This document shows positions 1 to 9,071 of a stretch of DNA of 64,000 bases, piece by piece. The position numbers and the translations under genes are program-made. Within the stretch, counting starts at the first letter, position 1. Each line of letters begins with the position of its first letter. The notes below the pieces were generated by a model that had not been told where the DNA came from, did not search any database, and was given only the letters and a program-made list of their open reading frames with translations. The DNA lies in the NCBI GenBank assembly GCA_964458315.1, contig CAYWIK010000004.1:6019-70018 (forward strand), given 5' to 3'. This DNA is from an uncultured Spirochaetales bacterium (GTDB lineage Bacteria > Spirochaetota > Spirochaetia > SPDA01 > CAZSGZ01).

Positions 1-185
1 GCTCGTTCTCCGATCTGGTGAGCCCGGAACGATCTACGATCCAGGCAAGCCTTAATTTTAAAATGGGACCTGCCGTCATTTCGCTTGCTTACCGGCTTAA
101 GAACACACCGAACGACACCGGCGGTATGGATATCGAGACCTCATCGGTCCTTGAAAGCTTTATAAGCCTTTTTTAGGGAGGGAAT

Positions 186-2468
186 ATGAGAATGAAACAG
201 GGAATAATTGCCTTTATTTTAATATTTTTAACAATGACCGCCTTCGCTATCTCTTCCGATACGAAAGATCCCGCGGCGTATCTCGTCTATTTCGATGACG
301 ATTATGAGGTCGAGGTATTCGGTCCCGACGGCGATAAGTTCGATTATGTCGATTGGAACATGGAACTGCCGGAGGGCTCCACGGTCAAGACCTACAACAG
401 CACTGCCGAACTCGAACTTGTTCCTAACGGATCGATTATAAAACTCGATTTCAATACCGAGTTTATGATCGAAGCGCTGCAGCGGGACCAAGAATCGGCA
501 AATTCCTTCGCTCTCTTCGGCGGGAAAATCCGCACCGTTGCCGCACGATCGGGGTTTGGGGAAAATTACTCCATCCGCACCCCGAGCGCGGTATGCGGAG
601 TCCGAGGCACCGACTTCGGGATGCAGGTGATTCGCGGCGCCTCAGACGCAGTTGCGGTCCTTCGAGGCTCAGTCGAGTTCATCAACACCCGGACCGGGCA
701 AAATATCTCGGTTGCCGCGGGCCAGGCGGCGGACGTGTTTGCGGATGTTTTCCGTCCCTTCACCCTCGACACGACGCAGATCCGCGAACTCTTCGACGAA
801 ATGTCTTTCCGGTTAGCCGATCCTGCTTCGGTCCCGGGAAACGAAGCAGCGGCGGGCGACACGACGGGCGATGCGGCAGGCGACACTGCCGGCGACACGG
901 AAGGTGAACTGGAAGATGACACCACTGAGCGGCTCGGTGATACAAGCGATTCCGCACCTTCAGTACCTGAGCCCGGTACTGAAACTTCCGAAGCCGACGA
1001 GACAGCCGGTATGGGCGGGGAAAACTTCCTCCAGCCGGTTTACGATTTCCTCGGCCGCTTTCTCGGCATGGAACTCGGGACCACCTCCATCGACGGGAAA
1101 ACCTACGCGAAAGCGGTATTTCTCCCGAAATTCGAAATCGGCAAATTCCGCATGGCCTTGTACCTGCCTATTATCTACAACACCGATCTGTTCGATCCCC
1201 AGGACTGGTATAAACCGGCGGGGAACAATGAATGGTCCTTCGGTACGGACCAAACAGGCGCATTACCGATCGTCAAGGACGTACTGCATGACGTTACTTT
1301 GAAAATCAAATATATAGAATACGGCGACAATCGGGACCCTTTCTTCTTTAAACTCGGCAATATCGAATCAATCACCCTCGGCCACGGAATCCTGATGCGC
1401 AACTTTCCGGCGGATATCGGTTTCCCGGCGGTCCGGCATCTCGGCGTTAACGCCGGTCTCGATTTCAAGATAGCGGGTTTTGAAGGGGTGATCGCGGATG
1501 TCGGTGTGCCGGAAATTTTCGGCGGCAGGCTCTATTTCAGGCCGCTTCATAAAACCTTTCCCTTTGCAATCGGCGTCTCTTCAATCATCGATACCTATCC
1601 CGCGGGACAGGTCGTGCCCGACGCGGCAGGGACTGTAGAGACTTACGGAAATCCCCTGTTCCTAACCGCTGCATTGGACCTCGATTTTCCGATCATCGAG
1701 ACCGACCCTTTTGCCATTGTCCTCTTCGGAGACGGCGGAATCCTTTTACCCTACTACCGGGAGAACTACAGCGACTACATTACGCCGGGATTTCGCGGCG
1801 ATGCACTCTATTCGGCTGACGGCAGCTTCAGCCTTCGAAACTTTAACAACTTCGGGTTCAGCAGCGGCGTACTCGGAAATGTCTTTTTTATCGACTACCG
1901 GGCCGACTTCCGCTATTACAAAGGCATTTTCAAGCCGATGTTTTTTTCCACCGATTACCACCGGCGGCGGGGAAGCTATGTCCGGCAATTCAGTGCCTTT
2001 TTCTCCGATCCTGCCGCCGACGGTTTCCGGCAGGCCACCATGGGGGTATATGGAGAACTCGGAGCTTCTATCGGTAAAATTCTTAAGATCCGCGGCGGGT
2101 ACTTCTGGCCCTGGCAGATAACGGACACCGGCGTCAATACCACCGAAGACGACCTCTTTCATCTCGAGATCGTTCTCATGCCGAATGTTATACCGGTGGT
2201 CGGGATACACGGGTCCTTGTCCTTCGACCGGACTAAGTTTATCCCGACAATCACCGGGAACTCCGCGGAAAACCTCGAGCTCTTTGACGCCTATACAACG
2301 ATCAGCGCTGAGCTTGCGGTTCCTATCGGCCCGTTTCTCGAGTTGGCCGTTACATACACCACAAACACCGCATATGCCGCGGACGGCACCCTTGCGGAAA
2401 ACAGCGAAAATCCGCTCATTCCGAAGGTAAATCCTTCGATCAGCATTGAAACGAGGATCAATTTCTAA
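186..2468 (+). CDS. Secreted FecR-domain protein with an acidic GDTxGD repeat tract and a long, likely beta-rich C-terminal region
   Basis: Hydrophobic N-terminal signal (MKQGIIAFILIFLTMTAFA). FecR-like segment (RTPSAVCGVRGTDFGMQV). Acidic tandem repeats AAGDTTGDAAGDTAGDTEGE. RBS-like agggaggg upstream. Confidence 0.55.
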   Translation: MRMKQGIIAFILIFLTMTAFAISSDTKDPAAYLVYFDDDYEVEVFGPDGDKFDYVDWNMELPEGSTVKTYNSTAELELVPNGSIIKLDFNTEFMIEALQRDQESANSFALFGGKIRTVAARSGFGENYSIRTPSAVCGVRGTDFGMQVIRGASDAVAVLRGSVEFINTRTGQNISVAAGQAADVFADVFRPFTLDTTQIRELFDEMSFRLADPASVPGNEAAAGDTTGDAAGDTAGDTEGELEDDTTERLGDTSDSAPSVPEPGTETSEADETAGMGGENFLQPVYDFLGRFLGMELGTTSIDGKTYAKAVFLPKFEIGKFRMALYLPIIYNTDLFDPQDWYKPAGNNEWSFGTDQTGALPIVKDVLHDVTLKIKYIEYGDNRDPFFFKLGNIESITLGHGILMRNFPADIGFPAVRHLGVNAGLDFKIAGFEGVIADVGVPEIFGGRLYFRPLHKTFPFAIGVSSIIDTYPAGQVVPDAAGTVETYGNPLFLTAALDLDFPIIETDPFAIVLFGDGGILLPYYRENYSDYITPGFRGDALYSADGSFSLRNFNNFGFSSGVLGNVFFIDYRADFRYYKGIFKPMFFSTDYHRRRGSYVRQFSAFFSDPAADGFRQATMGVYGELGASIGKILKIRGGYFWPWQITDTGVNTTEDDLFHLEIVLMPNVIPVVGIHGSLSFDRTKFIPTITGNSAENLELFDAYTTISAELAVPIGPFLELAVTYTTNTAYAADGTLAENSENPLIPKVNPSISIETRINF

Positions 2469-2471
2469 TCC

Positions 2472-4232
2472 ATGAAAAACGAACAACGCCGCCCTGTTTC
2501 CGGAAGAATAAAAATTCTTCCGGAACAGGTAGCGCATAAGATTGCCGCGGGGGAAGTTATCGAACGACCCGCATCGGTGGTCCGGGAGCTGATCGACAAT
2601 TCCATCGACGCCGAAAGCAGCTCTGTCGACCTGTACGTAGTCGACGGCGGTGTTCGGGAAATCCGGGTTGTTGACAACGGCGCCGGGATGGCGGAGGAAG
2701 ACTTAAAGCTTTGTTTTCTGGCCCATGCAACATCTAAAATCGCTGCGACCGAAGACCTGCTACGGATATCTACCCTTGGTTTTAGGGGAGAAGCGTTGTC
2801 GAGCATTTCCGCATCGGCGGATGTGGAAATTACGAGCCGTTTGAGGGACGGAAAAGATGAAGCGGTAAAGGTCAAAATTTCGGGTGGAAAACTTGTTTAT
2901 TTCGGACCTGAAAAGGGTGCGGAAGGCACCACGGTTATCGTGCGCAATCTTTTCCACTCCATTCCCGCAAGGAAGCAATTTCTCAAACAGCCGGCTGCGG
3001 AGGGGCGGATGTGCAGACAGGTGTTCATCGAAAAAGCCCTCCCCTTTCCCGAGGTACGGTTCCGCTATTTCAGCGGGAAAAACCGGCCCTTTGTTCTTCC
3101 TCCTTCCACTCTCAAGGAGCGAGTATCGGCTGCATACGGAAACCTATTATCCAATGCGTCTACCATCGAAAAGAGGGAGGTGGTGGATGAAACCCTCGCG
3201 GTAACCTTCATTCTCTCATACCCCGAAACCTTTCGGCATGACCGCCGGTACATCCACATTTATGTAAATAACCGTAAAATTGACGAATACGGTTTTCTTC
3301 AGGCGGTGGTCCATGGATATGGTGATTTTCTGCCGGGCGGAAGGTTCCCCTACGCTTTTGTCTTTATCGAAATCGAACCTTCTTTCGTGGATTTCAATAT
3401 TCATCCGGCAAAAAAAGAAGCCCGGTTTCGAAACAAAGCCAAGGTCCACCATGCGGTGACCGAAGGGGTGCGCGCCGCCTTGTATCACGCCCTAAGCAGC
3501 GGAGGACCCGGACCCGAAGCAGGCTTAGATCGCGGAAACAGGAAACCAAGCCCTGCCGGACATGAGGAAAAAACAGCCGGCCCCGCGGGCGGTCCTTCCC
3601 GCGGCGCGGACACGGGATGGCTGAGCAGCATACCCCGAAACGCCGAAATTGCAGCGGAACATCCCCGTATGGAGATTTATTCTAAAGATTCCGGCATTGT
3701 CTATTTAGGCCGGCTGTTCTCCATGTTCCTTCTTGCTTCCGCCGGGGATTCGTTTTTTATCATCGATCAGCACGCGGCGCATGAGCGAATCCTGTTTAAC
3801 AAGTTTTCCGCTTCTCCTCCCCCCGCACAGAAACTCTTAGTGCCCCTTTATTTCGAAGTCGACGAAGACGAGCACAAACTTCTGCTGCAGTCGTCGGATC
3901 GTTTTTCGGATTTTGGAATCGAGCTCGAGGAAACCGGCAAATGCCGCTGGAAGCTTTCAGCTTTTCCTTTTCCCGGCGGAAAGAGCAAGATCGATGCAGT
4001 CGGATTTATCCGCGAGCATATTACCTGTACGAAGGAAATTAAGAAAGAGTTTTTCGCACGCTTGGCATGCGGGGCCGCGGTCAAGGAGGGAGAGCTCCTC
4101 GAGGCCTCCGACGCCTTAGAGCTCATCCGCAACACCCTCGCGCTTCCCGAGCCACGCTGTCCTCACGGGCGGCCTGTGTGGCATCGGCTTGCCAAGGACG
4201 AGCTTTTCAGGCTTGTGGGAAGGCAGGTTTAA
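2472..4232 (+). CDS. mutL: DNA mismatch repair protein MutL
   Basis: GHKL ATPase motifs (ELIDNSIDA, VVDNGAGM) at the N-terminus. C-terminal endonuclease motif DQHAAHERILFN (DQHA(x)2E(x)4E-like). Canonical MutL C-terminus HGRPVW..L..LF.R. Confidence 0.9.
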   Translation: MKNEQRRPVSGRIKILPEQVAHKIAAGEVIERPASVVRELIDNSIDAESSSVDLYVVDGGVREIRVVDNGAGMAEEDLKLCFLAHATSKIAATEDLLRISTLGFRGEALSSISASADVEITSRLRDGKDEAVKVKISGGKLVYFGPEKGAEGTTVIVRNLFHSIPARKQFLKQPAAEGRMCRQVFIEKALPFPEVRFRYFSGKNRPFVLPPSTLKERVSAAYGNLLSNASTIEKREVVDETLAVTFILSYPETFRHDRRYIHIYVNNRKIDEYGFLQAVVHGYGDFLPGGRFPYAFVFIEIEPSFVDFNIHPAKKEARFRNKAKVHHAVTEGVRAALYHALSSGGPGPEAGLDRGNRKPSPAGHEEKTAGPAGGPSRGADTGWLSSIPRNAEIAAEHPRMEIYSKDSGIVYLGRLFSMFLLASAGDSFFIIDQHAAHERILFNKFSASPPPAQKLLVPLYFEVDEDEHKLLLQSSDRFSDFGIELEETGKCRWKLSAFPFPGGKSKIDAVGFIREHITCTKEIKKEFFARLACGAAVKEGELLEASDALELIRNTLALPEPRCPHGRPVWHRLAKDELFRLVGRQV

Positions 4233-4289
4233 CCGGGAGGCGGACCTGCGGCCATGACTTGTTTTCCGTGACTGGTTTTCCCGGCTCAG

Positions 4290-6146
4290 CTACTCGAGGA
4301 GTTCCTCGACTTGGTCCCGTCTTACGTAATCCGGTTTTTTCTCCAGGAGAGTCTCGAGCACGGCCCTGCCGGCCGCTTCATTTCCTTCTTTAATTAAAAT
4401 GAGACCCTGCTGATAGTATGCGTCCCAATAGGCGGGAGCAATTTTCACCAGACGGGAGAGCTCTTCCTGGGCCTTCGCGAACTGTTCATCTTTAATGTAC
4501 GCTACCGCGAGGTTATAGAGAATATCAGGATCGTTCGGTTTTTCCTCCACCGCCCGCAGATAATGGCGAATACTGTCTTTATACAGCCCCTTTTGGAGAT
4601 ACACATTGCCAAGATTGTTGTTGACCTCCAGGGCGGTGCGGTCGATTTTATATGCCGCCAGAAGCTGCTCTAAAGCCTTATCGTATTCGCCCATTTCGCT
4701 GTAGAGGATCCCCAGGTTTATCCTCGGCTTTATGTAATTCGAATCGATCTGAACTGCCTGACTATACGCCTGGATCGCCCCTTCCTTGTTTCCGAGGTAC
4801 TGGCTTGCCTCGCCGAGGGTAAAAAGATAGGGCGCGGACGGTTTTAATTTGACCGCTTTTGCGGCGTATTCAAAAGCTTCGGAATATTTTTCGAGTTTGA
4901 GCTTCACAAGGGCCATGTTATAATTGAGCTCCGGGATATTCGGCTTTAAATCGATCCCCCGCTTCCAGTGGTATTCCGCATTTTCGTAATCCCCCAAGCG
5001 GTAAAGAACGCTTCCAAGCTGTAGTCTAAAAGCGTATTGCTCCGGTTCCAGCTCCACGGCCCGTTCATACGCGCGGGCTGCTTCTTTCAAGTTTCCCCTT
5101 TCCTTCTCGATGTTTCCGATTTCGTAAAAACCGAGGGTAAACTCCTTATCCAAGGCGACACATTTTTGAAACGCTCGGTAAGCTTTATTCGTTTCACCCG
5201 CTTTGTCGGCGCTTTTGCCTAAATAGTAGTGGGCTTCGACGAAATCCGGCTTCTTACGAATACAGCTTTCAAAAGAACTGACTGCCTGGGTATACTGCCC
5301 GGTGCGATACTGCATCAGCCCGAGATCGTAGAGGATAAGATAATCGCCCGGATTGAGCCTTGCGGCTTCTTTAAACTCTTTAATCGCATTCTCATAATCT
5401 TTTTCTTTTTTGTAGACCTGTCCGAGTATATTATGGGGTATCCAGAGATTAGGGTCTTTTTCGATCGCCTTGTTGGAGTTTCGAATCGCTTTCTCAATAT
5501 TGTCGGGATCATCGCTGTCTTCTAAATAATAACTTTCACCAAGCCGCGCGTATGCCTCTGCCGAATCGGGCTCGATCTCCAAAGCCTCATCGAAATATTC
5601 CCGCGCGTTCTCATGGTTTCCCTTGCGCATCTCTTCGACCCCTTTATCGAGGTTCTCCCGCACCTTCCGGGCCTTCTCCTGCTCTTCTTTACTCAGCGCA
5701 GCCAGGCGTTCCTCTTCGGCCTTCCGTTTTTCTTCGCTTATCGATTCACGGACCGCCCCGCTTTTCCCGCTCTTTTCTAAAGAATCGCCTAATTCCTTAA
5801 GGCTTTCGCTCAACTCCTTTTCCCGCTCCCGCTGTTCTTTGACCGCTTCTTCTTCTGCTTCACTTTTAGTCTTGATCACTTCGTCACGCAGGCTTCGCGC
5901 CTCCGTATCCGAACGGTCTTTTATAAGCAGTTCATCAAGCAGGTCGAGGGCGCGCTGATACTCCCCGTTTTCCATATATTCCCGGGCAAGTTGAAGGGTG
6001 TTTTCCCGGACCGATGACGCTTCTTCCGCAGGCGCGGTTTCCGCGGCTTCGCTCCCGCGGTCCCGCCCGGTAAAAAGAACAACGGCGACAACAATTGCCG
6101 CAGCGACAATTACACCGATGATGATAAAAACTATTTTCTTGTTCAT
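4290..6146 (-). CDS. Membrane-anchored TPR-repeat protein with a charged coiled-coil linker
   Basis: N-terminal TM helix (IVFIIIGVIVAAAIVVAVVLF). E/K-rich coiled coil, then many 34-residue TPR-like repeats (A..Y..G..Y..A...Y..A..L.P pattern). Confidence 0.7.
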   Translation of the reverse strand: MNKKIVFIIIGVIVAAAIVVAVVLFTGRDRGSEAAETAPAEEASSVRENTLQLAREYMENGEYQRALDLLDELLIKDRSDTEARSLRDEVIKTKSEAEEEAVKEQREREKELSESLKELGDSLEKSGKSGAVRESISEEKRKAEEERLAALSKEEQEKARKVRENLDKGVEEMRKGNHENAREYFDEALEIEPDSAEAYARLGESYYLEDSDDPDNIEKAIRNSNKAIEKDPNLWIPHNILGQVYKKEKDYENAIKEFKEAARLNPGDYLILYDLGLMQYRTGQYTQAVSSFESCIRKKPDFVEAHYYLGKSADKAGETNKAYRAFQKCVALDKEFTLGFYEIGNIEKERGNLKEAARAYERAVELEPEQYAFRLQLGSVLYRLGDYENAEYHWKRGIDLKPNIPELNYNMALVKLKLEKYSEAFEYAAKAVKLKPSAPYLFTLGEASQYLGNKEGAIQAYSQAVQIDSNYIKPRINLGILYSEMGEYDKALEQLLAAYKIDRTALEVNNNLGNVYLQKGLYKDSIRHYLRAVEEKPNDPDILYNLAVAYIKDEQFAKAQEELSRLVKIAPAYWDAYYQQGLILIKEGNEAAGRAVLETLLEKKPDYVRRDQVEELLE

Positions 6147-6168
6147 AGATACCGTTCCTTATCTGTTT

Positions 6169-6975
6169 TTATTCCTCGAGTTCAAGTTCCAGATCAAACT
6201 CTTCGATTTCTTCGGATTCCGGGGAAAGGACTGTAGTGTCCTCGTCCGCCTTCTCTAAGGAGTCGAGCACTTCTTTTAAGAGCGCTTCCTGCCGTTTCCG
6301 CTCTTCTTCACGGCGCCTTTCCTCTTCTTCTTTCCGCTTCCGTTCCTCTTCGGCTCTTCTCCGTTCTTCTTCCTGCCGTTTTTGCTCCTCTTCGAGCCGA
6401 CGCTTCTCCTCTTCCCGCTTTATCCGCTCCTTCTCTGCAATTCGATTCTTAAGGATATCGATCATTTTTTCTATCTTTTCCCGCTGCTTTGCGGCAGGTT
6501 TCATTTTTAAATATAACTCGTAATCACTCACGGCACCACTGTAATCCTCGAGTTTTACCCGGGTATTCCCCCGGTTTAAGTACGCTTCAGCATATCCTGA
6601 TTTCGTTTTGATTGCCATCGTAAAACTTTCTTCCGCCTTCTCGTAGGCTTCGAGAACAAAAAGATTATTTCCGCGGTTAAGGTACATTTCCGCGAGAAAC
6701 CGGTCGCCGTAGGATATCCCTTCCTCGAGGACCTCGACCGCTTTTTGATGATCGCCCATACCTTCATAGATAATACCAAGATAAAGATAAATTTTTTCTT
6801 TTGTCGGGTCCTCAGCCGCGGCAGCCTCGAGCATTTCCGCCGCTTCTCTCGGTTTGTTCTCTAAAAACAGCCGCTCCCCTTCCTCGAAAAGGGAAAAGGC
6901 CGAAGCAGAATGAAAAACGAGAAGAAAAAAGAATGCGGCAGCCGATATTTTGAACAATTTCTTTGAAATCTTCAT
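6169..6975 (-). CDS. Secreted TPR-repeat protein with a C-terminal poly-E/R/K low-complexity tail
   Basis: Signal peptide (KKLFKISAAAFFFLLVFHSASA). TPR repeats. C-terminal EEKRRLEEEQKRQEEERRRAEEERKRKEEEERRREEERKRQ tract. Confidence 0.65.
   Translation of the reverse strand: MKISKKLFKISAAAFFFLLVFHSASAFSLFEEGERLFLENKPREAAEMLEAAAAEDPTKEKIYLYLGIIYEGMGDHQKAVEVLEEGISYGDRFLAEMYLNRGNNLFVLEAYEKAEESFTMAIKTKSGYAEAYLNRGNTRVKLEDYSGAVSDYELYLKMKPAAKQREKIEKMIDILKNRIAEKERIKREEEKRRLEEEQKRQEEERRRAEEERKRKEEEERRREEERKRQEALLKEVLDSLEKADEDTTVLSPESEEIEEFDLELELEE
6286..6435 (-). repeat. Coding low-complexity repeat (GAA/GAG/CGN-rich) encoding the poly-E/R/K tract
   Basis: Visible as reiterated cttcttc/cctcttc units on the + strand. 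Confidence 0.5.
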
Positions 6976-6984
6976 ATCCTATAT

Positions 6985-7013
6985 TTGACAGTATAGTAAA
7001 AACTATTTAATCT
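6985..7013 (+). promoter_or_regulatory. Putative sigma70-type promoter (TTGACA-17-TAATCT) in the 58-bp divergent intergenic region
   Basis: TTGACA at 6985-6990 and TAATCT at 7008-7013, upstream of the ATG at 7034. The -10 hexamer is imperfect. Confidence 0.3.
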
Positions 7014-7033
7014 AACAACTGGAGAACACAGAA

Positions 7034-8392
7034 ATGCCATTGATTATACTCATCATTATTATAATCGGCGTAGCGGTTGCGGTTATAACCTTTTTCATGA
7101 TCAAGACCTTTATCGTCCCGAAAAAAGTAGCGAATCTTATACAAATGCTCAAACAGGGGAAAAGCTCAACCGTCGCCCGGATGGCCAAACAAATTCTTTC
7201 GAAGGAACCGAGAAGCAGCGAGGCGCATTATATACTCGGCCAGGCATATCTCATGGAGAATAAGCCTGAACTTGCACTTATGGAGTTTAAAACGGTCAAC
7301 CAGATCGGCAATTTCGGCGGCTTGGTCCCTGAAAAGGAGTTTAGAGAAAAAATAGGTTCCCTGTTCGAGCGCTACGGCCAGCCCGAAGAGGCCTTGAAAG
7401 AATATCTGCTCCTCATAAAGCTCGAACCGAACAACCCGGAATACTACTATTCAGCCGGCACCCTTTTCGAAGCCCGGGACAAATCCGAAAAAGCGGCAAA
7501 TTATTACCGAAAAACCCTTCAGCTCGATCCGAGGCACTCTGATGCTCATTTTAAACTCGGCGAGCTCCTCTATCGAAACAAAAAACCGGTGGAAGCCAAA
7601 AAGGAACTCGAGCTCGCTATCAACTTGAATCCTGAAAACTATCGGGCATACTACTACCTCGGTAAACTGCTCAAAGACAATCATGATTATGTCAGCGCTC
7701 TTCATGCGCTCGAAAAAGCGCAGCGGGACCCGGAGTTCAAAGTAAAGGCCCTGATCGAGCGCGGGGTCAGCTACATAGGCACCCAGAGTTACGACAGCGC
7801 GATTACCGAACTCGATCGGGCGGTGAAAGCGTCCGACAATCCCGCCTCGAATGAAACTCTATATGCAAAATATTTTCTCGCCGCGTGTTTTGAAAAAAAG
7901 CGCAATATCGACCGCGCTATGGACCTGTGGGAGGAGATCTACTCGCAGAAAAAGAATTTCCGCGATGTTGCTGAAAAATTGAGCCAGTATCAGGATCTGC
8001 GGACCGATGACCGGGTGAAGGATTACCTGACAGCTCCCATGGATGTTTTTTATGAAATCTGTAAGTCCCTAACCGGGGCGCTAAACCTTAACATCAGGGA
8101 CATTTCCGACACCCCGAACGGCTGTCAGGTGATTGCGGCAGACGCGGACACGAAGATGCGCAACCAAAGAAAGATACCGCGACTCATCCGGTATCTGCGG
8201 GTCGCGGAAATGATTCCGGAATCCACGGTCCGTTCCCTCCACGAAGAGATGAAAACGATGAATATCCCGAGGGGGGTGCTTTTCTCGAGTTCCAATTTTT
8301 CCCGAAAAGCTGCTGAGTTCGCGGAAACCCGGCCAATCGATTTATACAACAAAGACCATCTGCAAAAACTGCTTAAAAAAATAAAACTCTAG
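7034..8392 (+). CDS. Membrane-anchored TPR-repeat protein with a C-terminal restriction-endonuclease-like (Mrr_cat / PD-(D/E)xK fold) domain
   Basis: N-terminal TM (LIILIIIIIGVAVAVITFFMI). TPR repeats. C-terminal ~110 aa (FYEICKSLTGALNLNIRDISDTPNGCQVIAADAD...GVLFSSSNFSRKAAEFAETRPIDLYNKDHLQKLL) resembles the Mrr N-terminal catalytic domain pattern (..GvlvTtssFtkeA.eya....i.LidgeeL..ll). The catalytic Lys is not evident. Confidence 0.45.
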   Translation: MPLIILIIIIIGVAVAVITFFMIKTFIVPKKVANLIQMLKQGKSSTVARMAKQILSKEPRSSEAHYILGQAYLMENKPELALMEFKTVNQIGNFGGLVPEKEFREKIGSLFERYGQPEEALKEYLLLIKLEPNNPEYYYSAGTLFEARDKSEKAANYYRKTLQLDPRHSDAHFKLGELLYRNKKPVEAKKELELAINLNPENYRAYYYLGKLLKDNHDYVSALHALEKAQRDPEFKVKALIERGVSYIGTQSYDSAITELDRAVKASDNPASNETLYAKYFLAACFEKKRNIDRAMDLWEEIYSQKKNFRDVAEKLSQYQDLRTDDRVKDYLTAPMDVFYEICKSLTGALNLNIRDISDTPNGCQVIAADADTKMRNQRKIPRLIRYLRVAEMIPESTVRSLHEEMKTMNIPRGVLFSSSNFSRKAAEFAETRPIDLYNKDHLQKLLKKIKL

Positions 8393-8399
8393 GCTTGGA

Positions 8400-9071
8400 T
8401 CAAGGATAATAAGGGCCGCTCTTGACCCCGCACCCACAATCATGATCATAGAGATAGATGAAGAAGCTCTCTCTATACTCCCCGTCTCCTCTGCTCGTAA
8501 GGAAATCCGCAAACGGAAAGGGTATTTGGGCGGGAGTGACCGTTGTTCTAAAAGAACCATTTTGATCGTATACCCAAAGGTGAAATGAGCGATCCCCAAG
8601 CCCCGTAACGGTCAGAGACTCGTTCTCGGTCAATATTTCCGGAAGCTCGATTCGGTCTATCAATTCTTTATTCTGAGAAATATACGCGGTCCGTTCGTCC
8701 CGTTTCCCCGCCGCATCCACAACAATTATCCGATATTCCCCCCGGGGAAAGGCGGATAAATCCGGCATGAGAACATCATTACTCCCGATCCAGTTCTCCC
8801 CGGGCCGGTCCTCTTTTTCCCATGTTTCACTGTCCAATACCCAGACCAGTTCCTGCTCGTCTTGCACGAGGTAGAGATATTCAATATCTTCTATTCCGCC
8901 TTCATCCTGCGGATGGACCCAAAGGGAGAGAGATTCATATAGCGCGTCTTTCTCCCGATCGTCGAAGACATTGAGCTGCAGATACAGCTGCTGGATTGCG
9001 GGGGGATCTTCGCTGCATCCTGCCGTAAACACCGCAGCCGCAATCGCTATAAGAAGATATTTTTTTTTCAT
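8400..9071 (-). CDS. Hypothetical lipoprotein
   Basis: Lipobox MKKKYLLIAIAAAVFTAGC. No recognisable domain. Confidence 0.5.
   Translation of the reverse strand: MKKKYLLIAIAAAVFTAGCSEDPPAIQQLYLQLNVFDDREKDALYESLSLWVHPQDEGGIEDIEYLYLVQDEQELVWVLDSETWEKEDRPGENWIGSNDVLMPDLSAFPRGEYRIIVVDAAGKRDERTAYISQNKELIDRIELPEILTENESLTVTGLGDRSFHLWVYDQNGSFRTTVTPAQIPFPFADFLTSRGDGEYRESFFIYLYDHDCGCGVKSGPYYP

Noticed and set aside
1746-2537. 263-aa ORF on the minus strand inside the FecR-domain gene. Similar long antisense ORFs sit at 593-907, 871-1302, 36113-36307, 59527-60108 (193 aa, antisense to the PilZ gene), 59744-60202, 18989-19528, 40013-40531 and 61406-62029.
   Set aside because: All lie wholly within well-supported genes on the opposite strand. 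They have no homology signal and no RBS, and are Arg/Ser/Pro-rich as expected for shadows of GC-rich coding sequence.
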